Assembly: GCA_041665405.1 (NCBI GenBank)
Contig: JBAYIZ010000003.1
Coordinates: 2,589 to 66,588 of the forward strand
Length of the DNA: 64,000 nt
From: Candidatus Magasanikiibacteriota bacterium
Lineage (GTDB): Bacteria; Patescibacteriota; Patescibacteriia; Magasanikbacterales; GWA2-37-8
Direction: 5' to 3'
Positions within the stretch are counted from its first letter, which is position 1. Every line of letters starts with the position of its first letter. Under the pieces are notes generated by a model. It searched no databases, had not been told where the DNA came from, and worked only from the letters and a program-made list of their open reading frames with translations. A program made the position numbers and the translations under genes. Shown here in pieces: positions 46,067 through 57,081 of the stretch.

Positions 46067-47545
46067 TTACAATAACTTTTCTATGGCTAATTTTATTCTA
46101 CGCAAGGATTCGTCCTTGCCCAAAACAGAAGCGATTTCAAACGGTCCGGGAGAATTTTGCTGGCCAGACAAAGATACCCGCAAAGGCCAAAGTACACTAC
46201 CATTCTGGAAATTGTTATTTTTGACCCACTCCCCTACTACTAATTGTAAAATATCCTTATTCCACTGTTGAACACTAACTGTATTCAATTCTTCAGCTAA
46301 TCTTGGCAAAATTTCTTTCACTTCAGATTCATTACTTTTTTTCCAAATCAAAATATCACCAGTATATTCAGGTAAAACAAACACAAAACCAAGCGCTTCG
46401 GGTAATTGTGCTAGAGTACTCACACGCTCTTTTTCCAGAGACAATACCATACTTATCCAGGCGCGATCTACATTATACTTTACCAATCCTGCCTTTACCA
46501 ACCACGGCAGTGACAATTCAACCATTTTATCACCACTCAAATTTCGTATATATTGTTGATTAAACCAGTCTAGTTTTTCCAAATTAAATACAGCCCCAGA
46601 CTTATTTATTTTTTCGATTTGAAAATCTTTTATCAATTCATCCATTGAATACATTTCTTTTTCACCACCTGGATTCCAACCTAGAAAGGCCACAAAATTT
46701 ATCATGGCTTCTGGCAAGTATCCTTTTTGAATATAATCCTCTACCGCTACGTCGCCCTGACGTTTACTCATCTTGGTTTTGTCCGTATTGAGCAATAACG
46801 GCAGATGAGCGAGCTGTGGTACATCCCAACCAAAATATTTGTACAACTGAATATGTTTTGGAGTGCTACTAATCCATTCATCGCCACGTACAACGTGGGT
46901 AATTTCCATGAAATGATCATCTATCACTACTGCAAAATGATAGGTAGGAAAACCATCGGTTTTAATAATAACTTGGTCATCAATCAATTCATTTTTAAAT
47001 ACCACCTCACCCCTTATCAAATCATTAAATACAGTTTCACCTTCTTTTGGCATTTTCATACGCAATACGTGCGCCTCACCTTTGCTTACTCGCTCTTGAG
47101 CTTCTGCAGGACTCAAACCACGACAAAGTCCATCATAACCGGATGCCAATTTATTTGCGTTTTGATAATTTCTCAAATCTTCCAATCTCTGCGCTGTGCA
47201 AAAACAATGATAGGCGTGGCCCTTCTCTAAAAGTTCTTTGGCATATTTTCCGTACAACTCCAATCGATTTGACTGCATATAAGGACCCTTATCCCCTTTT
47301 TCACGAATCACTCCATTCTCATCCATCACTACACCTTCGTCTGTTTCTATCCCTGCCCATTTTAATGAACGCAAAATATTCTCTAACCCACCTTCAACAA
47401 ATCTTTTTCTATCAGTATCCTCAATACGTAACAAAAATTTGCCGTTGTTTTGTTTGGCAATTAGATAACAATATAGAGCGGTTCTCAAACCACCAACATG
47501 CAACATTCCAGTAGGGCTTGGGGCATAACGTGTACGTAGTATCAT
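46067..47545 (-). CDS. gltX: glutamyl-tRNA synthetase
   Basis: APSPTG.LHVG, KMSKR. Confidence 0.97.
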   Translation of the reverse strand: MILRTRYAPSPTGMLHVGGLRTALYCYLIAKQNNGKFLLRIEDTDRKRFVEGGLENILRSLKWAGIETDEGVVMDENGVIREKGDKGPYMQSNRLELYGKYAKELLEKGHAYHCFCTAQRLEDLRNYQNANKLASGYDGLCRGLSPAEAQERVSKGEAHVLRMKMPKEGETVFNDLIRGEVVFKNELIDDQVIIKTDGFPTYHFAVVIDDHFMEITHVVRGDEWISSTPKHIQLYKYFGWDVPQLAHLPLLLNTDKTKMSKRQGDVAVEDYIQKGYLPEAMINFVAFLGWNPGGEKEMYSMDELIKDFQIEKINKSGAVFNLEKLDWFNQQYIRNLSGDKMVELSLPWLVKAGLVKYNVDRAWISMVLSLEKERVSTLAQLPEALGFVFVLPEYTGDILIWKKSNESEVKEILPRLAEELNTVSVQQWNKDILQLVVGEWVKNNNFQNGSVLWPLRVSLSGQQNSPGPFEIASVLGKDESLRRIKLAIEKLL

Positions 47546-47549
47546 AAGT

Positions 47550-48311
47550 CTATTTTTTAAACAAATTACTAACTATTAGAGCCAAAAATACAACTGTAGC
47601 CTTGAAAATACGTTTGATACGGCTTGGCTGAACAATCAAACGATAAACCCATTCTAAACCAATTTTACGCATAAAACAAGGGGCTCTTTTCACAGTGCCA
47701 GAGAGATAATCAAATGTTCCTCCCACTCCCATAGCAATCTTCACAGAAGGAAAATTCTTGATATTTTCATAAATCCACTTCTCCTGTTTGTTGTGCCCAA
47801 ACGCCACCAATAATATGTCCGGTGCCGTCACTATGATTTCATGTATAGCCTGATCATTCATTTCTGGTTCTGGTACTATTGTCTGCTTGTCTTCAACCAA
47901 TAAAGAATTAATTTGTGGACCAGGATGAAACCCAGCTATTCTTAATTTAGGAAATTGTTTTTTCAAATTATCAACCGTTTTTTTCAATATTTCTCTAGAT
48001 TCTGAACCAACCAAAAATATACTTTTATTTTCTGTCTGAGCCATTTCACACAACCGAAACACGAAATCCACTCCGGTAATCCGTTTTATTTTCCCCAGAC
48101 TCACCAAACTAATACCAAAACCATCACATAAATTCAAATCACCAAAATTTAAAACTGTTTTGAAATATTCATCCGATTGCGCGTCCACCAACATTTCCGG
48201 ATTGGGAGTAAAAATAAAATTTTGTTTTCCGTTATACAAAAATTCGCGCGCTTTACCAACCGCTTCATCCATAGTCAAATTGTCTATCTTCACTCCCAAA
48301 ACTGATGTCAT
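47550..48311 (-). CDS. WecB/TagA/CpsF glycosyltransferase
   Basis: TPNPE, RITGVD, KQEKW, GVGGTFD, GLEW.YRL; start MTSVLG. Confidence 0.93.
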   Translation of the reverse strand: MTSVLGVKIDNLTMDEAVGKAREFLYNGKQNFIFTPNPEMLVDAQSDEYFKTVLNFGDLNLCDGFGISLVSLGKIKRITGVDFVFRLCEMAQTENKSIFLVGSESREILKKTVDNLKKQFPKLRIAGFHPGPQINSLLVEDKQTIVPEPEMNDQAIHEIIVTAPDILLVAFGHNKQEKWIYENIKNFPSVKIAMGVGGTFDYLSGTVKRAPCFMRKIGLEWVYRLIVQPSRIKRIFKATVVFLALIVSNLFKK

Positions 48312-48324
48312 AACAATTAATAAT

Positions 48325-50094
48325 TTACTTGATAAACCCACCCGCCTGCAAATCCCACAATTTTTTATATAAACCACCTTTTTTCTTTGATAACTTTTCA
48401 TGATTACCGATCTCAGAGATTTTTCCTTTATCTAAAACTACTATTCGATCTGCGCTCATAATAGTGGACAAACGATGGGCTACTACCACAACCGTTTTAT
48501 CTTTCATCAATTTTTCCAACGCATCTTGAATCAAATGTTCAGACTCTGAATCCAAACTAGAAGTTGCCTCATCCAATAACAAGATTGGAGCATTTTTTAA
48601 TATTGCTCGTGCAATCGCCACTCTCTGTCTTTCACCGCCAGACAACTTTAACCCTCTTTCTCCAACAAAAGTATCATATCCTTTTGGAAGTTGAGAAATA
48701 AATTTATCACAGTGCGCCGCTTTGGCCGCTGCAAAAATTTCATCATCAGTAGCATCAAATTTTCCATATCGTATATTTTCTCTCAAACTACGATGAAATA
48801 AAATTGGGTCTTGTGGTACCAACGAAATATTTGACCACAAACTTTCTTGTTTTACTTTAGCAATATTTTGATTATCAATCAAAATTTTACCACTAGTCAC
48901 ATCGTGCATGCGCAAAAGTAATTTGATAATAGTAGATTTACCAGCACCAGAAGGTCCAATCAACGCCACTCTCTCTCCAGGTTTTATAGTCAGTTCAAAA
49001 TTATTCAAAACTTCTCTAGTCTTATGATAATTGAAAGAAACTTCCTCAAACCGAATTTCTCCACTTGTTATTAACAAATCCTTGGCCTTTGGAATATCAA
49101 TAATCTCCAATGGCGTTAACAACATTTCAGTCATTTCAGAAGCCTCAGATAAATCCGAATAAACATGATTAATAATACGACCAAAATTCCAAATATTTAA
49201 AATTACTGAAATCACATATGCCTGAATCATCATAAAATCTCCAACCGAGAAAAGTCCTTTTTGCCATAACAAAATACCAATATACATCAATCCAACTTCT
49301 AAAATTAGTGACAAAAAACCTTGAGCTGTGTCAAAATAACTAGATAATTTCCATGAAAAATACTGCAAATTCGTGAATTTGTTTACCGTCTCAAAAAAAC
49401 TTTTCTTTTCTGTCTGATAACCGGTAAATAATTTTACATTCGCATTGTTGGTAATAGTATCAGCCAACAAACCACTAACAGCTGAATCAGCCTCACTGCG
49501 TGCTACATCAAATTTCAATTTATATCGTATAAATATGTAATTTACCAAACTGTAAATTAAAATCCACACCAATAAGGCTAAACCGAGATAAAAATTACGA
49601 TAAAACAACACCCCTACTATAATACTGATTTCAATAATCATCCCGGAAATGTTGAAAATAATTCTATCCGAAATCATTTCAAATGAACGAACAAACCGTC
49701 CCACTCGTTTTACTAATGAACCAACAAAATTATTATTGAAATAAGAGAATGAACGCAGGTGCAGATTCGCAAATGCATAGTTATATAAATCAGCCATGGT
49801 CTTGGATTGAAAATATGATCCACCAAAAGTAACAAATCTATATCCAATAAATTGGACAAAACGAATAAACAGAATTATAAACAACACTAAAAAAAGCTGT
49901 TTGGAAATACTGGCAATATCACCTTTCTCAGCCAACAAATCAATAAATCTTTTTAAATACAAGGGCGCAATTGTACTACCCGCTGAAGATATAAGAATAC
50001 CAAACAAAACCAAAAAAAATGTCACCTTATAATTCATCAGAAAGTGCCAATATATTTTAAGCGTATCTTTAATATATGAATTGTTTTTTTTCAT
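48325..50094 (-). CDS. ABC exporter (TM + ATPase)
   Basis: GPSGAGKS, LSGGERQR, LDEATS. Confidence 0.95.
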   Translation of the reverse strand: MKKNNSYIKDTLKIYWHFLMNYKVTFFLVLFGILISSAGSTIAPLYLKRFIDLLAEKGDIASISKQLFLVLFIILFIRFVQFIGYRFVTFGGSYFQSKTMADLYNYAFANLHLRSFSYFNNNFVGSLVKRVGRFVRSFEMISDRIIFNISGMIIEISIIVGVLFYRNFYLGLALLVWILIYSLVNYIFIRYKLKFDVARSEADSAVSGLLADTITNNANVKLFTGYQTEKKSFFETVNKFTNLQYFSWKLSSYFDTAQGFLSLILEVGLMYIGILLWQKGLFSVGDFMMIQAYVISVILNIWNFGRIINHVYSDLSEASEMTEMLLTPLEIIDIPKAKDLLITSGEIRFEEVSFNYHKTREVLNNFELTIKPGERVALIGPSGAGKSTIIKLLLRMHDVTSGKILIDNQNIAKVKQESLWSNISLVPQDPILFHRSLRENIRYGKFDATDDEIFAAAKAAHCDKFISQLPKGYDTFVGERGLKLSGGERQRVAIARAILKNAPILLLDEATSSLDSESEHLIQDALEKLMKDKTVVVVAHRLSTIMSADRIVVLDKGKISEIGNHEKLSKKKGGLYKKLWDLQAGGFIK

Positions 50095-50100
50095 CTTATA

Positions 50101-51147
50101 TTATTTAATCTTATCAAATGCCTCCCAAGCGGTATTTTTTATAAAGGCCAATGACCCCCATGGTGAATACTCCCCTACCAATTCCATAAATCCATTACCG
50201 GATACGGAATGAGTACCCACTTTCCCCTCTATCTTTGTCGCACCCTCCCAGTAATTTATTGCATTGAAACCAACTTCTTGATCAGACAAAATTGCTTTCA
50301 CTGTCAGATCAATATTTTCCTCAGGAATTTTTATTTTCCAATCTAAGAAGTATGAGTTACCAGACCGACGACTTTTCCACTTCCTTTTTTCTGCCTTAAT
50401 TTCAATTTTATCGGTATATTTTTGTTTCCCATCTGGATAAATCAACGTAGTATGATAAACACTTTTTACACCAGAGATATATTCAAAACACATCAAATCC
50501 AGACCACTGTCGAGCTGAATACTAAACCAATTCCAACGGTCCTGATTGTAGGTAGTGTCAGCCCATTGATGATCCATCCATGCCTTGCCAGTGACCTGAT
50601 ACAATTTGTCCTTGAACTTCAACGTGCCTTGGGCTGTCAAATCAGTCAATGAATAGTAGTAGGTACTTTTATCGTGTAATTTTAGATAGCCCTTACCGCC
50701 CTCTAATAGTGGCGGTTTGTTGTAAACTAAATTCAAATTCAACGCTTCAGTTTTTAAATTATACTTAAATAACGCGTACTCCTCCAACAAATAATTCACA
50801 TAACCGCCAAACAAAATTGGTTTTGATTCAACTAAAAAATTTATGTTTAATAATTCCTTGGTGAAACTATCACGAGAAATAATACAGTAGGGCGCTACAA
50901 AAGTCTCCTTTTCACCAGTATCTAGATTTGAAATAATAGAGTGAAAGAAGTAAACCGTCTTTACCGGTAGACGACTAAGTAATGGTAGTTTAGATCTTTT
51001 ATTGTCTACCTTGAACAAACAATTCATAAACGAAAACCGCTCTCCTTTTTGTCCGTTTAAAAAACCATTCACATACCACCACTCGACAATATTTTTGTGA
51101 GCTAGTTCATCTTTGGGAAATTGGACTGTACCTGTAAATTTGAGCAT
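50101..51147 (-). CDS. AttH/CrtC lipocalin-like hydrolase
   Basis: EWWY, YYYS, AWMDHQW, WNWFS, YWEG, GFMEL. Confidence 0.8.
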   Translation of the reverse strand: MLKFTGTVQFPKDELAHKNIVEWWYVNGFLNGQKGERFSFMNCLFKVDNKRSKLPLLSRLPVKTVYFFHSIISNLDTGEKETFVAPYCIISRDSFTKELLNINFLVESKPILFGGYVNYLLEEYALFKYNLKTEALNLNLVYNKPPLLEGGKGYLKLHDKSTYYYSLTDLTAQGTLKFKDKLYQVTGKAWMDHQWADTTYNQDRWNWFSIQLDSGLDLMCFEYISGVKSVYHTTLIYPDGKQKYTDKIEIKAEKRKWKSRRSGNSYFLDWKIKIPEENIDLTVKAILSDQEVGFNAINYWEGATKIEGKVGTHSVSGNGFMELVGEYSPWGSLAFIKNTAWEAFDKIK

Positions 51148-51255
51148 AATATATTTTTTTTAGCTTGCAATTATTATACCAAAAAAAGATGCTTTTGGCG
51201 AGTTAAAACAATAATAAACGAATCTAGAATAGAAAACAAGTGTAAAAAAACAATC

Positions 51256-51311
51256 TTGACAGTTTATATCAATGTGTTATTATATTATCACTCTCTACCG
51301 CAGAGTGCTAA
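51256..51311 (+). promoter_or_regulatory. clpB promoter with CIRCE (HrcA operator)
   Basis: TTGACA-16-(TGt)TATTAT; TTAtCACTC-N9-GAGTGCTAA at 51285-51311 (one mismatch to CIRCE). Confidence 0.85.
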
Positions 51312-51328
51312 ACATAAATATTTCTTCT

Positions 51329-53962
51329 ATGACTCCTCAAAATTTTACCAACAAATCACAAGAACTAATCCAAAAAGCGGCTCAAATTGCCACCCAAAAC
51401 GGTCAACCGCAGGTGGAACCCCCTCACCTATTTTTCGCGATGCTCGAGGATGAAGAAGGCATAGCCGCCTCAGTTATAATGAAGATAGGTGCCAAGTTGA
51501 TCACTCTTCGTGCTCAAGCCCAACTTCTTATAGATCAACTTCCAAAACAAACTAGTACATCCCCTGGCTTTACAGGTCAAATTATGCTTGGCCAAGCCAT
51601 GATGCACATTTTCCAAACAGCTGGTAACGAGGCTCAAAAAATGGGAGATGAATATATTAGTGTTGAACACATTTTTTTAGCATTGATGGTTTCTCGCAAC
51701 CCTATTAGTGATACTTTACAAAAAGAAGGTGTCTCTTACGATATTGCTCTCAAGGCATTGGCCGAAATCCGTGGTACTCAAAAAGTGGATTCTCCTGAAC
51801 CAGAAGCTAAATACAACGCTTTGGAAAAGTACGGTAAAAATTTAACTGACCTAGCGCGCAAAGAAAAGATTGATCCAGTGATTGGACGTGACGACGAGAT
51901 TCGTCGTGTTATGCAAATTTTAACTCGTCGTACCAAAAATAACCCTGTATTGATTGGCGAACCGGGTACTGGTAAAACTGCGGTGGTAGAAGGCTTGGCT
52001 CAACGCATAGTCAATGGCGACGTTCCAGAATCACTCAAAGATAAAGAAATTTTTGCCTTAGACATTGGGTCACTTTTGGCAGGTACAAAATTTCGTGGTG
52101 AATTTGAAGAACGCCTAAAAGCAGTGCTAAAAGAAATTGATGCTTCGGCTGGGAAATTTATTTTATTTATTGATGAGCTCCATACTATTGTAGGAGCTGG
52201 TGCTTCCGAGGGTTCGATGGATGCCTCCAACATGTTAAAACCAATGTTAGCGCGTGGTGAATTACATGCCGTTGGAGCTACTACATTGAAAGAATATCAA
52301 AAATATATTGAAAAAGATGCGGCCTTGGAACGCCGTTTTCAGCCGGTGATGGTCAAAGAACCTTCATTAGATGACGCCATCGCCATCTTGCGTGGTATCA
52401 AAGACAAATACGAAGTGCATCACGGTGTACGCATTACAGACGCCGCTATTATTGCATCAGTAAAATTATCAGACCGCTATCTGACCGATCGATTTTTGCC
52501 AGACAAAGCTATCGACCTCATGGATGAAGCCGCTAGTGCTTTGCGTTTGGAAATAAATTCAATGCCGGAAGAATTGGATAAAATGAAACGTCAGATGATC
52601 AAATTTGAAATTGAAAAACGTGCTTTAAAAAAAGAGACTGATCTTGAATCAAAAGAACGATTAGCAAAACTTGAAAAAGATTTGGCCGAATTAAAAGAAC
52701 AAAGTGGTGAACTAGAAGCCAAATGGAATAATGAAAAAGAAATCATTACCAAAATTCATTCCAAGAAAAAAGAAATCGACACTCTAAAACAACAAGCCGA
52801 AATCGAAGAGCGCCGTGGCGACTTACAAAAGGTGGCCGAAATTCGTTATGGTCGCATTCCAAATTTGGAGGGTGAAATAAAAAATGACGAACGTAAACTG
52901 GCCGATATCCAAAAAACTCATGGCATTCTAAAAGAAGAAGTTACCGACCAAGACATCGCTACTATTGTGGCTCGTTGGACTGGCATCCCAGTTTCCAAAA
53001 TGTTGCAAGGTGAAAGTGAGAGATTGACCAAAATGGAAGAAGTGTTGAGTCGACGAGTGGTTGGACAAGATGAAGCTATAAAAGCCGTTTCTAATGCAAT
53101 CCGACGCTCTCGAGCCGGCATTGCTGAGCCCAACCGCCCTATTGGATCATTCATATTTTTGGGTCCTACCGGTGTTGGTAAGACTGAATTAGCCAAAGCC
53201 TTAGCAGAATTTATGTTTGATACCGATGAAGCGCTAGTGCGTATTGATATGAGCGAATACACGGAGAAACACAGTACCTCAAAAATGCTAGGCTCCCCTC
53301 CTGGATATGTTGGTTATGAAGAAGGCGGACAACTTACCGAGATTATTCGTCGCCGTCCATATGCGGTATTACTGTTTGATGAAATTGAAAAAGCTCATCC
53401 AGATGTTTTTAATATTTTATTGCAAATTTTGGATGAAGGTCATGTGAAAGATGCCAAAGGACGTTTGGTAAACTTCAAAAATACTGTTATTATCTTGACC
53501 AGTAATATCGGCAGTCAGATGATTTTGAATCTCAACAAACATGGTGAATTTGGCTTTGATTCTGGATCCACAAAAACTGTGAAGACCAAGGAAAAAAGCA
53601 TGCGAGAAAAAATTATGGGTACTCTACACGAACATTTCAAACCAGAATTTTTGAATCGCTTGGATGAAATTATTATTTTCCATTCATTAAACGAAAAACA
53701 AGTCGCGCAAATTGTAGAATTACAACTTGAAAAGATACAAACCCGTCTACAGGAAAAGAAAATTATTCTAGATATTGACCCATCTGTAAAGAAACATATC
53801 GCCTCGGTCGGCTATGAACCCACCTATGGTGCAAGACCTATCAAAAGAGTAATTCAAAATGAAATACTAGACGAATTATCTCTACATATAATCGACGGAA
53901 AAATAAAGGATGGACAAACGGTCAAAGTTCAAATGGATAAAGGCAAAATCACCTTTAAATAA
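51329..53962 (+). CDS. clpB: ATP-dependent chaperone ClpB
   Basis: Two AAA modules ([16 protein letters not shown]) and coiled-coil middle domain; start MTPQNF. Confidence 0.96.
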   Translation: MTPQNFTNKSQELIQKAAQIATQNGQPQVEPPHLFFAMLEDEEGIAASVIMKIGAKLITLRAQAQLLIDQLPKQTSTSPGFTGQIMLGQAMMHIFQTAGNEAQKMGDEYISVEHIFLALMVSRNPISDTLQKEGVSYDIALKALAEIRGTQKVDSPEPEAKYNALEKYGKNLTDLARKEKIDPVIGRDDEIRRVMQILTRRTKNNPVLIGEPGTGKTAVVEGLAQRIVNGDVPESLKDKEIFALDIGSLLAGTKFRGEFEERLKAVLKEIDASAGKFILFIDELHTIVGAGASEGSMDASNMLKPMLARGELHAVGATTLKEYQKYIEKDAALERRFQPVMVKEPSLDDAIAILRGIKDKYEVHHGVRITDAAIIASVKLSDRYLTDRFLPDKAIDLMDEAASALRLEINSMPEELDKMKRQMIKFEIEKRALKKETDLESKERLAKLEKDLAELKEQSGELEAKWNNEKEIITKIHSKKKEIDTLKQQAEIEERRGDLQKVAEIRYGRIPNLEGEIKNDERKLADIQKTHGILKEEVTDQDIATIVARWTGIPVSKMLQGESERLTKMEEVLSRRVVGQDEAIKAVSNAIRRSRAGIAEPNRPIGSFIFLGPTGVGKTELAKALAEFMFDTDEALVRIDMSEYTEKHSTSKMLGSPPGYVGYEEGGQLTEIIRRRPYAVLLFDEIEKAHPDVFNILLQILDEGHVKDAKGRLVNFKNTVIILTSNIGSQMILNLNKHGEFGFDSGSTKTVKTKEKSMREKIMGTLHEHFKPEFLNRLDEIIIFHSLNEKQVAQIVELQLEKIQTRLQEKKIILDIDPSVKKHIASVGYEPTYGARPIKRVIQNEILDELSLHIIDGKIKDGQTVKVQMDKGKITFK

Positions 53963-53970
53963 GTACTTTT

Positions 53971-53999
53971 AACCTCTCACAGAAAATGGGAGGTTTTTT
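53971..53999 (+). terminator. terminator after clpB
   Basis: aacctctca/tgggaggtt + T-run. Confidence 0.75.
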
Positions 54000-54055
54000 G
54001 TTGTTCACATAATTAATATGTGATATAATGTACTCATTCTAAAGCATTATAAGTT

Positions 54056-56266
54056 ATGAAAAATAAACTGACTATTTTGTTGTTATTGGGCCTATTTTTA
54101 TGGCCAACCCTATCTTTGGCACAAGCCGAATTCAACCCTCATTTTATTATTTCAGACAATGAGATGTTTGACTATCAAGGTTGGATGATTTCTGATATTC
54201 AAAAATTTTTGGATGATCGCAGTAGCTTTTTGGCCAAATACCAAACCGAAGATATTAATGGCTACATGCGAACTGCGGCTGGTATTATTTTTGATGCTTC
54301 ACAATCTTATCAGGTCAATCCAAAATATTTATTAGTAACTCTACAAAAAGAACAGAGTTTAATAACTGATGACGCCCCCGCTCAAAAACAACTAGACTGG
54401 GCAACAGGGTATGCAGTTTGTGACAGTTGCGACCGTGCCGATCCAAAAGTCGCCAAACACAAAGGTTTTGCCAAACAAGTAGATGATGCCGCTGGTATTA
54501 TGCGTTGGTATTATGATAACAAAGACATTAACTCTATTATCAAAAAGAAGGATTCTCTTTTATCTATCGACAACACTCCAGTGACACCGCAAAGTTGGGC
54601 GACCGCCTTCCTATATACATATACTCCCCATTTGCATGGCAACCAAAATTTTTGGCGCATTTGGCAGACTTGGTTTAGTCAAAACTACCCCAATGGAACA
54701 TTGGTTAAAGTTAGCAATTCTACTTCTACTGATGTTTGGCTGATTCAAGATGGGAAAAAACGCAAATTCGAAAGTATAGCCGTGTTGATTTCTCGTGCCG
54801 ACCCAAAAATGGTAGTAACTGTACCAGAATCTGAACTTACAAACTATGAAGCCGGTCCAGATATTTCTTTACCAAATTATTCTATTTTAAAAACTGAAGA
54901 AAATAAATATTATTTATTGGACTACGACATGCTACGCCCGTTTGAATCAGAAGCCACCGTGCGCCAAATCGGTTATTACCCCGATGAAACTGTCGAAGTG
55001 TCAACAGCTGATCTGTCTGGCTACTCTATCGGTCCTCTAATCACTGTTTCCTCGACTGCACCGGCTGGGGTGATATACCAAATTACTGATCTAGATAATA
55101 AATTATATTTTTTAAAGGATAATAATTTTTATCCTATTATTGATAAGAACCTTTTAGCCGCTAACTATAAAAATATACCGATTGAAAAACATAAGAAAAA
55201 AGAATTGTCAAAATATCCGATTGTTTATGCGACACCAATTATTAAAGATGGGTTGTTGTTGAAGGATAAAGATTATGCGCAAGTATATGTTATCGAACAA
55301 GGGAAAAAACGCCTACTGGCTGACTCAGATACTTTTAATGCGATGGGGTATAAAAAGCAAAATATTATTAATGTAGGTTTCCAAACATTAATGATGTTGC
55401 CTGATGGTGAAAAAATATTTTTAAACTCAAATTTGATAAATTCCAAAGACAAATTTCTGGGTGATTCAGAAATGTTGGTAAAAGATTTATACAATTCAAA
55501 ATTACCTGCTTATTTGGTTGCAGAATATCCAAGCGGACGAATAGTTACTGGCAAAGATATTGACACCAAACGTCCAATGGCCTCCCTAACCAAATTGATC
55601 ACTGCCCTATCTGTGATAAATCAAAAGTATAAACCAGATGCTGTGATTACTTATAGTAGCAAAAAATATGGCGTTGAAGGTGGCAATTTGGCCATCAAGG
55701 ACGGAGAAAAAATTAAAGGCAAAGACGCTTTTTATGCTATGTTGGTGGGGTCAGCCAATAATACTTCTCGCATGCTAGCCCAGAATGTTGGTCTAGATGA
55801 AAAAAGTTTTATTGAACAGATGAATATTGATCTTGATACTTGGGGGATGGACAACACGCAGGCGGCTGATGTTACTGGTCTTGATGAAAATAATGTTTCA
55901 ACTCCACGCGATCTTTTAAAAATTTTTATCAAGGCGTTTAAAAACGAAACGATAAAAACTGCTATTGGGCAAACTTCATATACTTTTAAGGAAGTGTTGA
56001 ACAAAGATAAAATTAGCACTCACACCATAAAAAATTCCAATAAGCTGGTGGAAAAAGCTGGCAAAAACTATACCATCCAAGCCAGCAAAACCGGTTATAC
56101 AGTAGAAGCGGGGTCAAACTTAATTATGTTATTTAAAAACAACAAAGACAAAAAACAATATGTAATTATTACTATGGGAAATCCAGATTATATCAACCGC
56201 TTTGTCGAACCAAACAAAGTGGCTGAATGGATCGCATCTCCAAAAACAATACTTGCTACTCCTTAA
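54056..56266 (+). CDS. secreted multidomain protein with C-terminal S11 D-Ala-D-Ala carboxypeptidase
   Basis: Signal peptide; ASLTK, SAN, KTGYT; N-terminal lysozyme-like LQKEQSL domain and repeated beta modules. Confidence 0.8.
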   Translation: MKNKLTILLLLGLFLWPTLSLAQAEFNPHFIISDNEMFDYQGWMISDIQKFLDDRSSFLAKYQTEDINGYMRTAAGIIFDASQSYQVNPKYLLVTLQKEQSLITDDAPAQKQLDWATGYAVCDSCDRADPKVAKHKGFAKQVDDAAGIMRWYYDNKDINSIIKKKDSLLSIDNTPVTPQSWATAFLYTYTPHLHGNQNFWRIWQTWFSQNYPNGTLVKVSNSTSTDVWLIQDGKKRKFESIAVLISRADPKMVVTVPESELTNYEAGPDISLPNYSILKTEENKYYLLDYDMLRPFESEATVRQIGYYPDETVEVSTADLSGYSIGPLITVSSTAPAGVIYQITDLDNKLYFLKDNNFYPIIDKNLLAANYKNIPIEKHKKKELSKYPIVYATPIIKDGLLLKDKDYAQVYVIEQGKKRLLADSDTFNAMGYKKQNIINVGFQTLMMLPDGEKIFLNSNLINSKDKFLGDSEMLVKDLYNSKLPAYLVAEYPSGRIVTGKDIDTKRPMASLTKLITALSVINQKYKPDAVITYSSKKYGVEGGNLAIKDGEKIKGKDAFYAMLVGSANNTSRMLAQNVGLDEKSFIEQMNIDLDTWGMDNTQAADVTGLDENNVSTPRDLLKIFIKAFKNETIKTAIGQTSYTFKEVLNKDKISTHTIKNSNKLVEKAGKNYTIQASKTGYTVEAGSNLIMLFKNNKDKKQYVIITMGNPDYINRFVEPNKVAEWIASPKTILATP

Positions 56267-56283
56267 TTTATTAACTAAACCAT

Positions 56284-57075
56284 ATGTCGCTAGTTTTCGC
56301 GGCAATCACTCCACACCCTCCATTATTAATTCCTAGTATTGGAAAAGATATAATAAAAAAATTGGATAAAACAAAAACTGCGATGGAAAAAATGGAAGAG
56401 GAATTATATTTATCCAAACCAGATATTATAATTATTATTTCCGCACATGGTAGTTATTTTTCTGATGCTTTTACTATCAACGTCAGCCCTGAATATCATA
56501 CAGATTTAAAAGAATTTGGCGACATAACTACGAAGTTAAACTTTAAGGGTGAAATGAATCTATCTTCGGAAATTCGAGAAAGAACTAAGGAACAAAAAAT
56601 TTCTACCACCATGATTACTGAACCAACTTTGGATCATGGTAGTGCAGTACCACTTTTTTATCTCTCTCAACATTTACCTGATGTCAAAATAATTCAAATG
56701 GGTTTTTGCGATTTGGATTGGAAAACACATTTAGATTTTGGCTATCTAATAAAAGAAAAAATTCTTGATACTAACAAACGTGTAGCTGTAATCGCTTCTG
56801 GAGATTTATCGCACGCTCTTACCACCGACTCTCCAGCCGGATTCAACCCAGCAGGTATAAAATTTGATATAAAAATTCAAGAGCTGCTAGCAAATAAAAA
56901 TATTGCTGGAATGTTACAACTAGAACCAAATCTGGTGAAAGAAGCCTCCGAATGTGGTTTCCGAACATTTTTGATCCTTATGGGAGTATTGCAAGATATA
57001 AATTATACTTACCGCCAACATTCCTACGAAGCACCATTTGGGGTTGGATATTTAACAGCCAACTTCATTATCTAA
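56284..57075 (+). CDS. MEMO/LigB-like (AmmeMemoRadiSam B) protein
   Basis: PHPP, LDHG, ASGDLSH, ECG, YEAPFGVGY. Confidence 0.85.
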   Translation: MSLVFAAITPHPPLLIPSIGKDIIKKLDKTKTAMEKMEEELYLSKPDIIIIISAHGSYFSDAFTINVSPEYHTDLKEFGDITTKLNFKGEMNLSSEIRERTKEQKISTTMITEPTLDHGSAVPLFYLSQHLPDVKIIQMGFCDLDWKTHLDFGYLIKEKILDTNKRVAVIASGDLSHALTTDSPAGFNPAGIKFDIKIQELLANKNIAGMLQLEPNLVKEASECGFRTFLILMGVLQDINYTYRQHSYEAPFGVGYLTANFII

Positions 57076-57081
57076 TTAGTT

